64,000 bases of DNA from the NCBI GenBank assembly GCA_965263355.1, contig CBDHHL010000032.1, positions 3,776,001-3,840,000 of the forward strand, read 5' to 3'. The first letter of the stretch is position 1. Every line of letters starts with the position of its first letter. Positions 20,844 to 30,194 of the stretch are shown piece after piece. The translations under genes were made by a program, and so were the position numbers. The stretch comes from Leptolyngbyaceae cyanobacterium (GTDB taxonomy: Bacteria; Cyanobacteriota; Cyanobacteriia; Phormidesmidales; Phormidesmidaceae). A model generated the notes under the pieces. It did no database searches. It was not told the DNA's origin and saw only the letters and a list, made by a program, of their open reading frames with translations.

Positions 20844-20933
20844 GGCCCCACGGCCAGCAATCTGGCCCCACGGCCAGCAATCTGGCCCCATGGCCAGCAA
20901 TCTGGCCCCATGGCCAGCAATCTGGCCCCATGG
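20844..20933. repeat. Tandem repeat, 4.5 copies of a 20-bp unit GGCCCCAYGGCCAGCAATCT
   Basis: Directly visible; no spacers between units. Confidence 0.95.
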
Positions 20934-20934
20934 T

Positions 20935-21534
20935 CTAAGGTAAAAACTCTCGACGAAATTCAGTCACCTGATCGGCCATCGACAAAATTGAGTATGGCAT
21001 TTTAGGCCCTGTCAAAATGATATCCATTTGGGAGGGGCGCTGTTTTAATAGGTCCAATACTTCAGTTTCTGGAATTAAACCGTAATCAATGGCTAGGCTC
21101 AGTTCATCTAACATCACGAGGCCGTATTGTTCGGTCTTTACTACTGATTTTACATAGGACCATAGCTCACTCACGGCGGTTTGAGCGTCGTTTGTATTTT
21201 CAAAAATACAACCACAATAACTGCAGCGTACCCAATCTAAGTTTTGACCCATATGAGTCATATGGCCTGGGCCTTGGTTAATCCCCCCTTTGAGAAATTG
21301 GGCGACAAGCACAGCCATACCCTGATCAGCGGAGCGCAGGGCCTGGACCATAACATTGGTGAAAAAACTACGGTGAACAGAGGTGAAGACCCTCAGTGAC
21401 CCCTCAAGTGCCTGTAAAAAAGGATGGCGTTCACTTTTGGCGAGATTAGGAGAGGCACTAGGGGCAGATAATGTTTGGGATGGAGTTCGGGATGGTCGGC
21501 GGGTATGGTGTTCTACCCTCAGCTGTTGAACCAT
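20935..21534 (-). CDS. Cob(I)alamin adenosyltransferase (CobA/CobO/BtuR)-like P-loop protein
   Basis: VAQFLKGG, LVMLDEL..A...GLI, ILTG and ADQVTE motifs; the Walker A motif is degenerate. Confidence 0.8.
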   Translation of the reverse strand: MVQQLRVEHHTRRPSRTPSQTLSAPSASPNLAKSERHPFLQALEGSLRVFTSVHRSFFTNVMVQALRSADQGMAVLVAQFLKGGINQGPGHMTHMGQNLDWVRCSYCGCIFENTNDAQTAVSELWSYVKSVVKTEQYGLVMLDELSLAIDYGLIPETEVLDLLKQRPSQMDIILTGPKMPYSILSMADQVTEFRREFLP

Positions 21535-21811
21535 AAAACGCTATGCGTAGTGGTATGTTCTCAGTAGAGCCCTAAATATAGCGCATACGTGACAGATTTA
21601 TGCAGCTGCTTAATATGTAATTTTTAATCAGATGAGCCAACTTAATATCGGCTATTAGGCGATCCACAAACTGTTCAGCAGATCGAGCAGGCACCTATTC
21701 TTTTAGTTTGATTGTACTACTTTCGTGGTTAAGACAGCTTGTAAAGAGGTTGAATGTTGGGATAGCCTGCCGATGCGTAGCCTACACATGGGGAGGAACG
21801 TATTCTCTTGC

Positions 21812-21934
21812 CTATCCCAGGAGAATGGTTAAGGAGAAAGCTGGCGATGCTAAGGCAACTAAGGCGACTAGGGTAAGTGTCGCGATCGCAGCTAACACAC
21901 TAACCTTGTCTGCTTTGAACCGTTTTTTCATCAT
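21812..21934 (-). CDS. Putative 40-aa small membrane/signal-peptide-like protein MMKKRFKADKVSVLAAIATLTLVALVALASPAFSLTILLG
   Basis: Translated by hand (below the track cutoff). Basic N-terminus plus hydrophobic helix; contains a HIP1 site. Confidence 0.45.
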   Translation of the reverse strand: MMKKRFKADKVSVLAAIATLTLVALVALASPAFSLTILLG

Positions 21935-22053
21935 CTTTACCGTATAGGCCGTTATCGTAGCATAGGGGTTTATTAGGAGAGCCAGGACACAGACCTTGTC
22001 TGCTAAACCGGGCTAAGGTCAAATCATGACATGATTTTTTGCAAGCCCACTCC

Positions 22054-22725
22054 ATGTTAAAAGCAGTTTTGTTTGATTTAGATGGCACCCTGGCCAATAC
22101 GGACCCGATTCATTTTCAAGTTTGGCAAACATTGCTTGCTGCCTATGGGATTACCGTCGACCAGGCATTTTATGATCGCTTTATCAGTGGCCGTCTTAAC
22201 CCTGATATTGTGCGGGATCTACTGCCGCAATTATCAATTGAAGAAGGTGTAGCGTTTAGTGTGGAGAAAGAGGCGCAGTTTCGACAGATGGCGGCTAGCC
22301 AACTGCAACGTATGCCTGGGCTGACTAATTTTCTCCATGCCATTGAATTGCGGCACTATGCCACAGCCTTAGTCACCAATGCTCCCCGGCCAAATGCGGA
22401 ATTTATGCTGAATACCCTGGCATTAGACAATGTGTTTCAACCGATTGTCATTGCCGATGATTTACCCCAGGGTAAACCTGATCCATTGCCCTACCAAACT
22501 GCGTTAGAGCAATTGGGGCTGTTTCCAGATGAGGCCATTGTATTTGAAGATTCTCCCACGGGAGTACGGGCAGCAACGGCAGCCTACATTCCTACAATTG
22601 GGGTTACTTCTACCCATAGTGACGAGACGCTATGTCAGCTAGGGGCACAATTTACCATTGCAGATTTTACCGATAGTCGCCTACTGTCCTACATCACTCG
22701 GTCCACTAGTATTGTGTCAAGCTAA
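22054..22725 (+). CDS. HAD-superfamily hydrolase (CbbY/beta-PGM-like)
   Basis: Motifs FDLDGTL, VTNA, GKPDP, FEDS..G. Confidence 0.93.
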   Translation: MLKAVLFDLDGTLANTDPIHFQVWQTLLAAYGITVDQAFYDRFISGRLNPDIVRDLLPQLSIEEGVAFSVEKEAQFRQMAASQLQRMPGLTNFLHAIELRHYATALVTNAPRPNAEFMLNTLALDNVFQPIVIADDLPQGKPDPLPYQTALEQLGLFPDEAIVFEDSPTGVRAATAAYIPTIGVTSTHSDETLCQLGAQFTIADFTDSRLLSYITRSTSIVSS

Positions 22726-22790
22726 GACTTTGGGGTGAGTGGTTTATCACCTCTAGATGCTGGACATTGGATTAGTTTTAGATTCCCATT

Positions 22791-23105
22791 ATGAGCAACG
22801 CCTCTGACCATCCGCCCGAGTCCCAAACAGTCCAGGACCGCCTGGTGCATTTGCGACAACTAGCCCAGGCCTTTCCCAAAGAACAGCGCGAAGACGTGAT
22901 GTTAGAGCTTGAGGATCTCAGCACCGATTTAGCCAATACTGATGGCTCTAGCCTGCAAACCTTGCAGCAGCGGCTTAAACGCTTAGCTGCCATTGCCATG
23001 ATGGCGCGCATGTTTGCCACCAATAATCAGCATGTGATTGAAGAATTTGCCAGTAATTTGGTGGAGTTGACTAACGCAACGAGGATTGGTGAGTTGGGTG
23101 AATAG
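22791..23105 (+). CDS. Hypothetical helical protein
   Basis: 104-aa ORF; its LAQ.FP..QRE.....LEDL..DL...RLKRL pattern resembles C-terminal helical domains of cyanobacterial proteins. Confidence 0.65.
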   Translation: MSNASDHPPESQTVQDRLVHLRQLAQAFPKEQREDVMLELEDLSTDLANTDGSSLQTLQQRLKRLAAIAMMARMFATNNQHVIEEFASNLVELTNATRIGELGE

Positions 23106-23137
23106 TGATTGGTGATTGATCAATGCTGCTTGAACCA

Positions 23138-24049
23138 TCAATAATAATTTTGTACTGGCACCGTATAATCCTGTTCCACCCAAATCTGGGTATTAACCGG
23201 ACCATAGTGCTGACGTAAGGCATTTTCTACCCGTTCACCAATGGTGCGAGCCATGTTTAGGCATTCTGGATGGACAGCCAAATAAAGCTCAATCCATACC
23301 TGACGACCGACCATCCCCCGTGACCGAATTCGGTTACAGCGGGTGACGCCTTCTACTGTTGTAACGACTTGGGCAATGGCTTCTGGCGCAATGGCTGTAG
23401 GGCGTAGCAACGTGGGTAACTGGCGATCTAATACGTGCCAGAAGCTATGGAGGGTAAAGATGAGTAGTGCGATCGCAATAAGTGGATCCAACCAGGTATG
23501 ACCACGCCAAATGCCCACTAGTCCTAACAACATGCCTATACTTAGCCAGCCATCCTCCAAAACATGCTGTGTGGTGAGTTTTAGGGTCAAACTATCTAAA
23601 TAACGACTCTGATAAGACACTAATAATGCCAATGTCAACGAAATGGCTACCATCACAGCCATTAGCTGCATCAGTGCTACGGTTACCTCCACGGGAAACG
23701 GGCTAGTTACCCTTTGTATGGCTAACTCAAATTGGCCCGCAGCAACCACCAAGATACTGACGCCAAAGAACCCCAAAATGGACGCTAAAATCATTGCCCC
23801 GCCAGCTTCGCCCCGGCCATGCCCCCATATTTCCCGGCCTAAGGGACGATGCGGTGAAGCCACCGCAGTCAAACTAATAGCTGTGCTGAAAATATCGATC
23901 AGGGTGTGGAGTGATTCTGCTAGGAGACATACTGATTGGCTGACCCAACCAGCTGTCGCCTCAATGGTCAAAATTACCAGGTTGGCCCAAAGCATCATAA
24001 GCAACAGGCGATAACATGTTTGCCGTTGTTGCCTAGCATCTATGACCAT
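23138..24049 (-). CDS. Cation diffusion facilitator family transporter
   Basis: LAESLHTLID, GHGRGE, multiple TM helices, WLDP, and an IRSRG C-terminal domain. Confidence 0.9.
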   Translation of the reverse strand: MVIDARQQRQTCYRLLLMMLWANLVILTIEATAGWVSQSVCLLAESLHTLIDIFSTAISLTAVASPHRPLGREIWGHGRGEAGGAMILASILGFFGVSILVVAAGQFELAIQRVTSPFPVEVTVALMQLMAVMVAISLTLALLVSYQSRYLDSLTLKLTTQHVLEDGWLSIGMLLGLVGIWRGHTWLDPLIAIALLIFTLHSFWHVLDRQLPTLLRPTAIAPEAIAQVVTTVEGVTRCNRIRSRGMVGRQVWIELYLAVHPECLNMARTIGERVENALRQHYGPVNTQIWVEQDYTVPVQNYY

Positions 24050-24394
24050 GGATTACCCATTAAGCAGTTGAGCATATCTAACCATATTCACTTCAGCAAG
24101 ATAGGACGGCCCATAGCATTGGGCGCAGAATTCCATCAAAACTTACTCTGCTTACATACAGTATTAAACAGTTAGGTTTATGGAGCCTGCACGTTAATCA
24201 GTATCAACCCGTAGAAAAATTAAAAGCTCTATGCGTTGAACAAGTTTGGCTTAAAGGAACTAAAAAACTTAGAATGTGCGGCTGCTACTTAGGAAAGCAT
24301 CTTTGAAGTGGGCTTTTCCTAGATGTCTGCTAAAAGGATGAGCTGCAGCCTTAAAAAGCTTTACTGTAGAAGCATCTCTAATAAGATTTTAAAA

Positions 24395-24463
24395 TCAGAA
24401 AGGGTACCGACGACTGGCCGTGTTTCGTCTCGGTACCCTCACTGGTTCGCTCCTCACACACAT
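24395..24463 (-). ncRNA. yfr2: Yfr2-family small RNA
   Basis: The minus strand begins TGTGTGTGAGGAGCGAA (complementary to the Yfr1 motif ACTCCTCACAC), then a hairpin AGGGTACCGA-GACGAAACACGG...-TCGGTACCCT with a GAAAC loop and a T tail. A TAAAGT -10-like hexamer lies just upstream. Confidence 0.72.
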
Positions 24464-24527
24464 TCATAACTTTAGGACATATCGCAGGCTTTGTCATCCC
24501 CCGTAGTAAGTTTTTATATCGAGGGAG

Positions 24528-25337
24528 TTAGAATTGCTCAACGATTGGGTATCCCAGCCTCCCTTGAAGCACCTGCTGTAGGACAGTTCGAGTGGACCCC
24601 AACCAATTAGTGACTATCTTACTCTCCGATGATAGCTGTGTCATACCAATGCATTTTTGCAATGCAAAGACTAACTGTTTAGTTTGCTGCAAAAGTTGAG
24701 ATGATGTGGTTTGGTCCCAGCCATCACAGATCTCTAACAATCCATGGATCAGGCTTTGCAATGGCTCAACTGACATGAGGAAGGCTGACGTAGGCAAACC
24801 TGCTGCTGCTGCTTGGGATGAACGATCAATGGGGTGATAGCGCTGCCACCGGCAACATAACTCATACCCAGACTGTAGCTGCCATAGTTGTTCTGGTTCA
24901 ATTGACCCAGGTGATTCCTTTGGTATTGGAGACAGTGCCCACTGCTGGAGTTGTTGCTGCCATTGCTCCATACCTTTTTGGGAGATGATGAACTCTAGCC
25001 AATCATCATTTTTCCGAATATCTGACCATACAGGCTGTGTGGTTTGTTCCTCTAATATCGAGAGCAGCATGGTTGCAATGTCACTAGCAGGCCAATGCCA
25101 GCTGTTCTCTAACTTCCGTGGAATTGCAGAAATGTATGTAACTGTTCCGTTACAGTTAACTTTTTTTAAGGGAATATTCTGATGACAAATCTGTGTGGTT
25201 TTACCGATGCTTAATAAAACTGCTGAATATCTAAGCGGAGTATGAAGGTTTGACCTATCTGACTCTAGATTGAGTTGATTAAGAACTTCAATCGAGGAAG
25301 CTAAATTACATTGCAACGTCCGTTTTAACGAAACCAT
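24528..25337 (-). CDS. Hypothetical protein resembling arginyl-tRNA synthetase non-catalytic parts (N-terminal plus DALR-like), lacking the catalytic core
   Basis: Y.SAI..KL and WLEF N-terminal motifs, Q..Y..CC, and a C-terminal LQQVLQ..LG...E helix. Recognised by recall of a cyanobacterial family found divergent from a Crp gene. Confidence 0.6.
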   Translation of the reverse strand: MVSLKRTLQCNLASSIEVLNQLNLESDRSNLHTPLRYSAVLLSIGKTTQICHQNIPLKKVNCNGTVTYISAIPRKLENSWHWPASDIATMLLSILEEQTTQPVWSDIRKNDDWLEFIISQKGMEQWQQQLQQWALSPIPKESPGSIEPEQLWQLQSGYELCCRWQRYHPIDRSSQAAAAGLPTSAFLMSVEPLQSLIHGLLEICDGWDQTTSSQLLQQTKQLVFALQKCIGMTQLSSESKIVTNWLGSTRTVLQQVLQGRLGYPIVEQF

Positions 25338-25726
25338 GTCATATTTGTAGTAGTAGCTATCTAAAAGGAGTAGGACAAGCTTTGTCGGACTTTTTTTAGG
25401 TTTATCAAAGAATTGGATATCGAATTTCCATCCCCTACTCCTTCAAAAAAAGCTGAAGTAGATATAAAGAAATCAATTTCGGGATGCCAACCAAATCAGT
25501 CGTTTGTATTAATGTACTTGGCATGTTTGTTTCGTATACTGATCGTGGTTTTACGGTTGACAAGCGTCGTTGTTTGTTGGTACTTGACATAGGACTTTAA
25601 ATTACTTCTTTTTAATTTGTATATTTGACTGCTTTCAGGGCGTATCGATAACTGGAATTTTCTTAAATTGAAGGCTTTCCAGATTGTTTGTTTTGTCTAC
25701 ATACTCTATGGCTTGACACTAGGTAA

Positions 25727-26473
25727 ATGACACTATCTGAATTATCGACAACTTCCAGTACCTTTCCCATGTCCTCATCTCTCCCATCAGATGACGCTCG
25801 GCCATTTCATGTATGGCAACGCATTCTGGACTGGGCTCAAGAACACTATCGATGCCGTACCTTTAGTAAAGATGAGCGCATTCCCACGAGACCTGGATTA
25901 CTTTATCTAGTGCAGCAGGGAGCAGTGCGTTTGGTTGGGAGTGCCCAAGTTAGCGCCACACTTAAGCAACAAAAGAGTTCGTCAGCCAGGGTTCCTTTAG
26001 TAGCTGCTGAAGAAGCGTTTTTGGGTTTTGTTGGTGCTGGTCAGCCGTTTGAGATTGTGGCACAGCCGCCCTTTACCCTACAAAGTTTTTCCCATGTAGA
26101 TCAAACGACAATTGTCTGGCTTTATTGGAATGATCTAGATACATGGCCTCACTTTCGTCGTGAAGTACTCGATGCATTTCGACGTCAGCATCAGCGTAAG
26201 CTGCTTTGGTTAAGTACTCTGGGGCAGCGTCGTACCATTGATCGGTTGTTAGGTTTCCTAACGCTCTTAGTGGATGAGTATGGTGAGCCCTGTGAAAATG
26301 GTTACTACCTGCCATTTCCCTTAACCCATGCTCAAATTGGTAGCGCTATTGGTTCAACGCGTGTAACTGTAACACGCCTTATGGGCAAGTTGCGGCAGCG
26401 GGGGCTGATCCAAAGTCATGGCGAAAATCTGATTAGTATTCCCTTTAGTGCCAGCCTCAAGCAGCAAGGATAA
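25727..26473 (+). CDS. Crp/Fnr family transcriptional regulator
   Basis: LYLVQQGAVRL cNMP-domain-like segment; C-terminal LTHAQIGSAIGSTRVTVTRLMGKLR HTH. Confidence 0.93.
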   Translation: MTLSELSTTSSTFPMSSSLPSDDARPFHVWQRILDWAQEHYRCRTFSKDERIPTRPGLLYLVQQGAVRLVGSAQVSATLKQQKSSSARVPLVAAEEAFLGFVGAGQPFEIVAQPPFTLQSFSHVDQTTIVWLYWNDLDTWPHFRREVLDAFRRQHQRKLLWLSTLGQRRTIDRLLGFLTLLVDEYGEPCENGYYLPFPLTHAQIGSAIGSTRVTVTRLMGKLRQRGLIQSHGENLISIPFSASLKQQG

Positions 26474-26556
26474 GGCAAGGGCTTGTCCGAAATTCAAAAA
26501 TGATAGATATAAGAAACGTAGGAAAATTGTATGCAATTTTCCTACGTTTCTTATAT

Positions 26557-28674
26557 CTACCGTAGACTGGCAAACCCCAGCTCATTTAGGGTCGTTTGGC
26601 CTTCTGTTGATAAGAGTAGCTCTGCGTATGCTTGGACAATGGGTATATCGGTATTACCTACGATATACAGTGGACGGATTAAGGGATACTCTCCAGATTC
26701 AAAGCCCTTTAGGTTGGGTTGATTACGTGGATTAGGGCACTGTTGCAAATCAATGTAAGGGAGTTGATAGGGCGGTTGTTGATCGATAGAAATAGGTTTA
26801 ACCGTGCATTGCCCGACGACCTCTGGGGCAGACGCAAAGTAAATCGAGCCTGGTGTATTGGCGGTTAGTCGGAGTGCCTCTGTAGTGCTGTTGCTCCGCT
26901 GCACGCTGGTGGCTAGTGCTTCTCCATTCAAAACAGTCTGGCTAAAAAATATAACAGTACCCCCCACATCCTCACGGGAAATCGGCATAATTGGCAAATC
27001 TGGTCCCCCAAGTTGCTGCCAGTTATTGGTTTTGCCGGTATAAATATCTCTAAGGTCAGTCTGGCTTAAATTTTCAATCGGCAATTCTGGGTGGGTAACA
27101 ACGGCCACCCCTTCAATCACAATAGGAATTTCTTGGAGAGCGAGGCCCTGTTGTTTCGCTTGTTGTTTTTCGGCTGGGCTCAATGGGCGTGATGTTTGGG
27201 CAAAATCTATCTCCCCATTGATCAGCATCTGAATGCCTACTGATGATCCTGGAGGCTGATTGATTGGTGGTTGATAGGTGAGTTGCAAGCCAGGAAAGAT
27301 CTGTTGTAGTTGAGGGTCAATGCCGCCGCGAATAGGTGCCCAGGTCGTGCTTCCACCATAGGTAAATTGTCCAGTGGGGACATTAACATCCGTGAAGCTT
27401 GACACCGATTCCAATGAAATTAAAGGTGTATTGTTAACAAAACTTACTCCCTTAGAGCGTACCCACCATATCCCCACAGCTGCTAACGCTGCCAGTAATG
27501 TGACGCTGAATATCCATGGGCGAAATATACCTTGTTTAGATTGTTTGGGGTTAGACGGTTTGGCTGAGATTGGCTTTGACGATGTCGTGGTTAATGGCTG
27601 CGGAGGCGTAGGATTGACTACGGGCGCAGGTGGCATAGCTGTTACAGGGGGTGGTGCAGAAGATGATGCATTGGTCGGTGGTATTGGCGGCGGTGGCGTG
27701 GCTGTTCTAGGGGCTGTGTGAACGGTACTATGGCCAGTCATTAAGGCCTCTAAAGTAACCTGAGCGTTAAGGTATCGGTCTTGGGGGCTAGCGCTCAGTA
27801 GTTTATCCAGCACGAGGGCTAAAGTGTTGTCTTGTAGGGTGATGTGATTTTGCCAAAGCCAGCGATTGCTGTAGCTATCAAATAGGTCTGTAGTTTCTTT
27901 GCCAGTCAGTAAAACAATGCAGGTAACGGCTAGCGAATATAGATCAGAGGCTGGAAACACCTGACCACCTGTCACCTGTTCTGGAGGGGCATATCCTGTG
28001 GTGTAAATGCCGGTTGAACGGGAGGAGGATGCGGCTCCTGTCACCTGTTTTACAGCACCAAAATCTAATAGATACAGTTGATTATCAACCGTTTTCATAA
28101 TGTTGGAGGGTTTGATGTCTCGGTGAATCGCGCCATTACTGTGGACGAAGTCTAGAACCTTTAAAATTGAGACCAGAATTGCTTTGACAGCGCCCTCGGG
28201 TAATGTGCCCCTTCTTTCCAGAATTTGTTCTAAGTCTTCGCCATCGATAAATTCTTGGACCAGGTAAAAATACTCTTCGTCTTTACCTGATATGGGAGAT
28301 TTCACCACGATGGGAAAATAGGCATAGAGATCGGGGATTTGTGGATGTTGATTGCCAAGGCGTTCTAGTACTTCTGCTTCTCGGGCAAAAAGCGTTTGGG
28401 CAATCTGTAATTGTTGTGGGTTGAGCTGGGCTGAGGGTTGAAATAATTTGACGACACAGGGTCTGAGGGTGGGAGTATCGCGATCGCACGCATAATAGGC
28501 TGCCCCAAATCCTCCCTGTCCCAAAAGTCGCTCGGGCAAATAGCGTCCTCTTAAAATCAGCGGCATGCCACAGCTGGTGCAAAACAGCTGAGATGCGGTT
28601 TGAATTGAATCCTTTAAAGTGGGATGGAAATTAACTGGCCGAGAACATCCAGGTCGAGTGCAGTGTAATTGCAT
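26557..28674 (-). CDS. Membrane Ser/Thr protein kinase with N-terminal 4-Cys domain and C-terminal PstS-like substrate-binding domain
   Basis: CxxxxC..CxxC prefix, LGQGGFG, HRDIKPSN, DFG, GYAPPEQ, Pro-rich linker, TM, then YGGSTTWAP, GSSVGI, FAQTSRPL, YPLIRPLY. True start is probably MQLHC at 28674. Confidence 0.92.
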   Translation of the reverse strand: MQLHCTRPGCSRPVNFHPTLKDSIQTASQLFCTSCGMPLILRGRYLPERLLGQGGFGAAYYACDRDTPTLRPCVVKLFQPSAQLNPQQLQIAQTLFAREAEVLERLGNQHPQIPDLYAYFPIVVKSPISGKDEEYFYLVQEFIDGEDLEQILERRGTLPEGAVKAILVSILKVLDFVHSNGAIHRDIKPSNIMKTVDNQLYLLDFGAVKQVTGAASSSRSTGIYTTGYAPPEQVTGGQVFPASDLYSLAVTCIVLLTGKETTDLFDSYSNRWLWQNHITLQDNTLALVLDKLLSASPQDRYLNAQVTLEALMTGHSTVHTAPRTATPPPPIPPTNASSSAPPPVTAMPPAPVVNPTPPQPLTTTSSKPISAKPSNPKQSKQGIFRPWIFSVTLLAALAAVGIWWVRSKGVSFVNNTPLISLESVSSFTDVNVPTGQFTYGGSTTWAPIRGGIDPQLQQIFPGLQLTYQPPINQPPGSSVGIQMLINGEIDFAQTSRPLSPAEKQQAKQQGLALQEIPIVIEGVAVVTHPELPIENLSQTDLRDIYTGKTNNWQQLGGPDLPIMPISREDVGGTVIFFSQTVLNGEALATSVQRSNSTTEALRLTANTPGSIYFASAPEVVGQCTVKPISIDQQPPYQLPYIDLQQCPNPRNQPNLKGFESGEYPLIRPLYIVGNTDIPIVQAYAELLLSTEGQTTLNELGFASLR

Positions 28675-28732
28675 GGAGCAGCAGCGTGACGACGTATTAA
28701 AGTGGCAACGCCCAAATGGCAATGCCGAAGAA

Positions 28733-28806
28733 TAAACCTTGTCCACCTCCAGAACGGTCGTTTTTCCCATAGAAAACTCTACAGGGTTCAACTTGGACGT
28801 GGTTTA
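28733..28806. mobile_element. ~74-bp MITE-like dispersed repeat, copy 2
   Basis: TAAACCTTGTCCACCTCCAGAACGGTCGTTTTTCC...AACTTGGACGTGGTTTA, homologous to 5655-5727. Confidence 0.75.
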
Positions 28807-28842
28807 AACTGCCAATGCCTAAGAGTTAATTCTATCTGTAGC

Positions 28843-29898
28843 TTAACTGCTCTCTTCCATAGGATTTTGCTCAATGGACTTACCGTTTATGGGTTTTCCG
28901 TTTGTGACTACCTTGGTGGAAGTGGCCTGAGTGCCCCCATTTTTCTTACGCTCTGACCGCTGGTCAAAATCAATCTCGCGATTTGTAAACTGGGGCAAAA
29001 TTTCTTTAGTAAACGCCCCAGCTGCTGTTGAACGATAGCGATTGGGATTAAAAATAACCGATAAGGTGCGTTTGACCACAACTGAATCAATTTTGGCCCG
29101 ATGTAAGACCCCCATCTGTAATTCTTTTTCAATGGCCGAAATTGAGACAAAGGCCACCCCTAGTCCAGATTGGACGGCATTTTTAATCGCTTCAATGGAG
29201 TTTAGCTCCATTTCAATCCGTAATCGTCGAGTTTCAATACCACAGCGAGTAAGTACCTGATCGATCACCTTACGGATAGTGGACTGGGAGTCGAGGGAAA
29301 TAAATTTAAGCTTATAGAGGTCTTCTCGCTGAATAGCTTGACTGCTAGCTAGGGGATGGAACACTGGCATAATCAACGCCAGTTCATCTTCAGCGTAGGG
29401 AATAATTTCCAATGAATCCTGAAGTTCTGGCGGCACTTCGCCACCGATAATGGCTAAATCAATCTGCCCATTGCCAACACTCCAGGAGGTGCGGCGGGTG
29501 GAGTGCACATGTAGCTGCACCGCAACATCAGGGTAACGCTGACGAAATAGACCAATCATCCTGGGCAATAGATAAGTCCCTGTGGTTTGACTAGCCCCCA
29601 CAATCAAAGTGCCCCCCTGCAGTTTTTGTAGATCCTCAATAGCACGACAGGTTTCTTGACAGAGACTCAGGATGCGATCGCCATATTCCAGCAGCAAATA
29701 ACCTGCCTCTGTTAGCTGAGCCCGACGGCCACCCCGGTCAAACAGTGGCACATCTAACTGACGCTCTAGGTTTTGCACCTGTAGACTAACGGCGGGCTGA
29801 GATACATATAAACTATCGGCAGCTCGCTTAAAACTACCCTCCGCCGCAATCGCCTTTAGAATGCGCAGTTGATCTAACGTAAACGGGAGGTCAGACAT
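28843..29898 (-). CDS. rbcR: LysR-type regulator RbcR/Ycf30
   Basis: [64 protein letters not shown]. Confidence 0.93.
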   Translation of the reverse strand: MSDLPFTLDQLRILKAIAAEGSFKRAADSLYVSQPAVSLQVQNLERQLDVPLFDRGGRRAQLTEAGYLLLEYGDRILSLCQETCRAIEDLQKLQGGTLIVGASQTTGTYLLPRMIGLFRQRYPDVAVQLHVHSTRRTSWSVGNGQIDLAIIGGEVPPELQDSLEIIPYAEDELALIMPVFHPLASSQAIQREDLYKLKFISLDSQSTIRKVIDQVLTRCGIETRRLRIEMELNSIEAIKNAVQSGLGVAFVSISAIEKELQMGVLHRAKIDSVVVKRTLSVIFNPNRYRSTAAGAFTKEILPQFTNREIDFDQRSERKKNGGTQATSTKVVTNGKPINGKSIEQNPMEESS

Positions 29899-30194
29899 AA
29901 CGGTTAGAGTTTCAACGCCGGTATTGCAAAAATCTGTAGCACGATCAATGGGGGCTTGAGCACAGAGACCCTTGTGTTTGTAACAAAGAGAGCTAACCTG
30001 TTACTGCTTAATACACTGGCTAGCACGTTAGAGTCTACAGGATACGTCGATCATTCCTTCCTTATGAGGGATAAATAACTCAAAACGTTAATTAAAATAT
30101 TAGTCTGTGAGGAAATATTTCAAAATTTTTTCTATAGATCCCTTTTTGTGTTGAGTGTTTTTACTCGGATCTTACTTATCCTGGTTGTGCTGAT

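Noticed and set aside
20844..20933. Possible CRISPR array (also 33593-33670)
   Set aside because: Units are contiguous with no unique spacers and no cas genes are present; these are simple tandem repeats
28675..28791. N-terminal 39 aa of the 744-aa kinase ORF
   Set aside because: The upstream start lies within the dispersed repeat; the family-typical start is MQLHC at 28674
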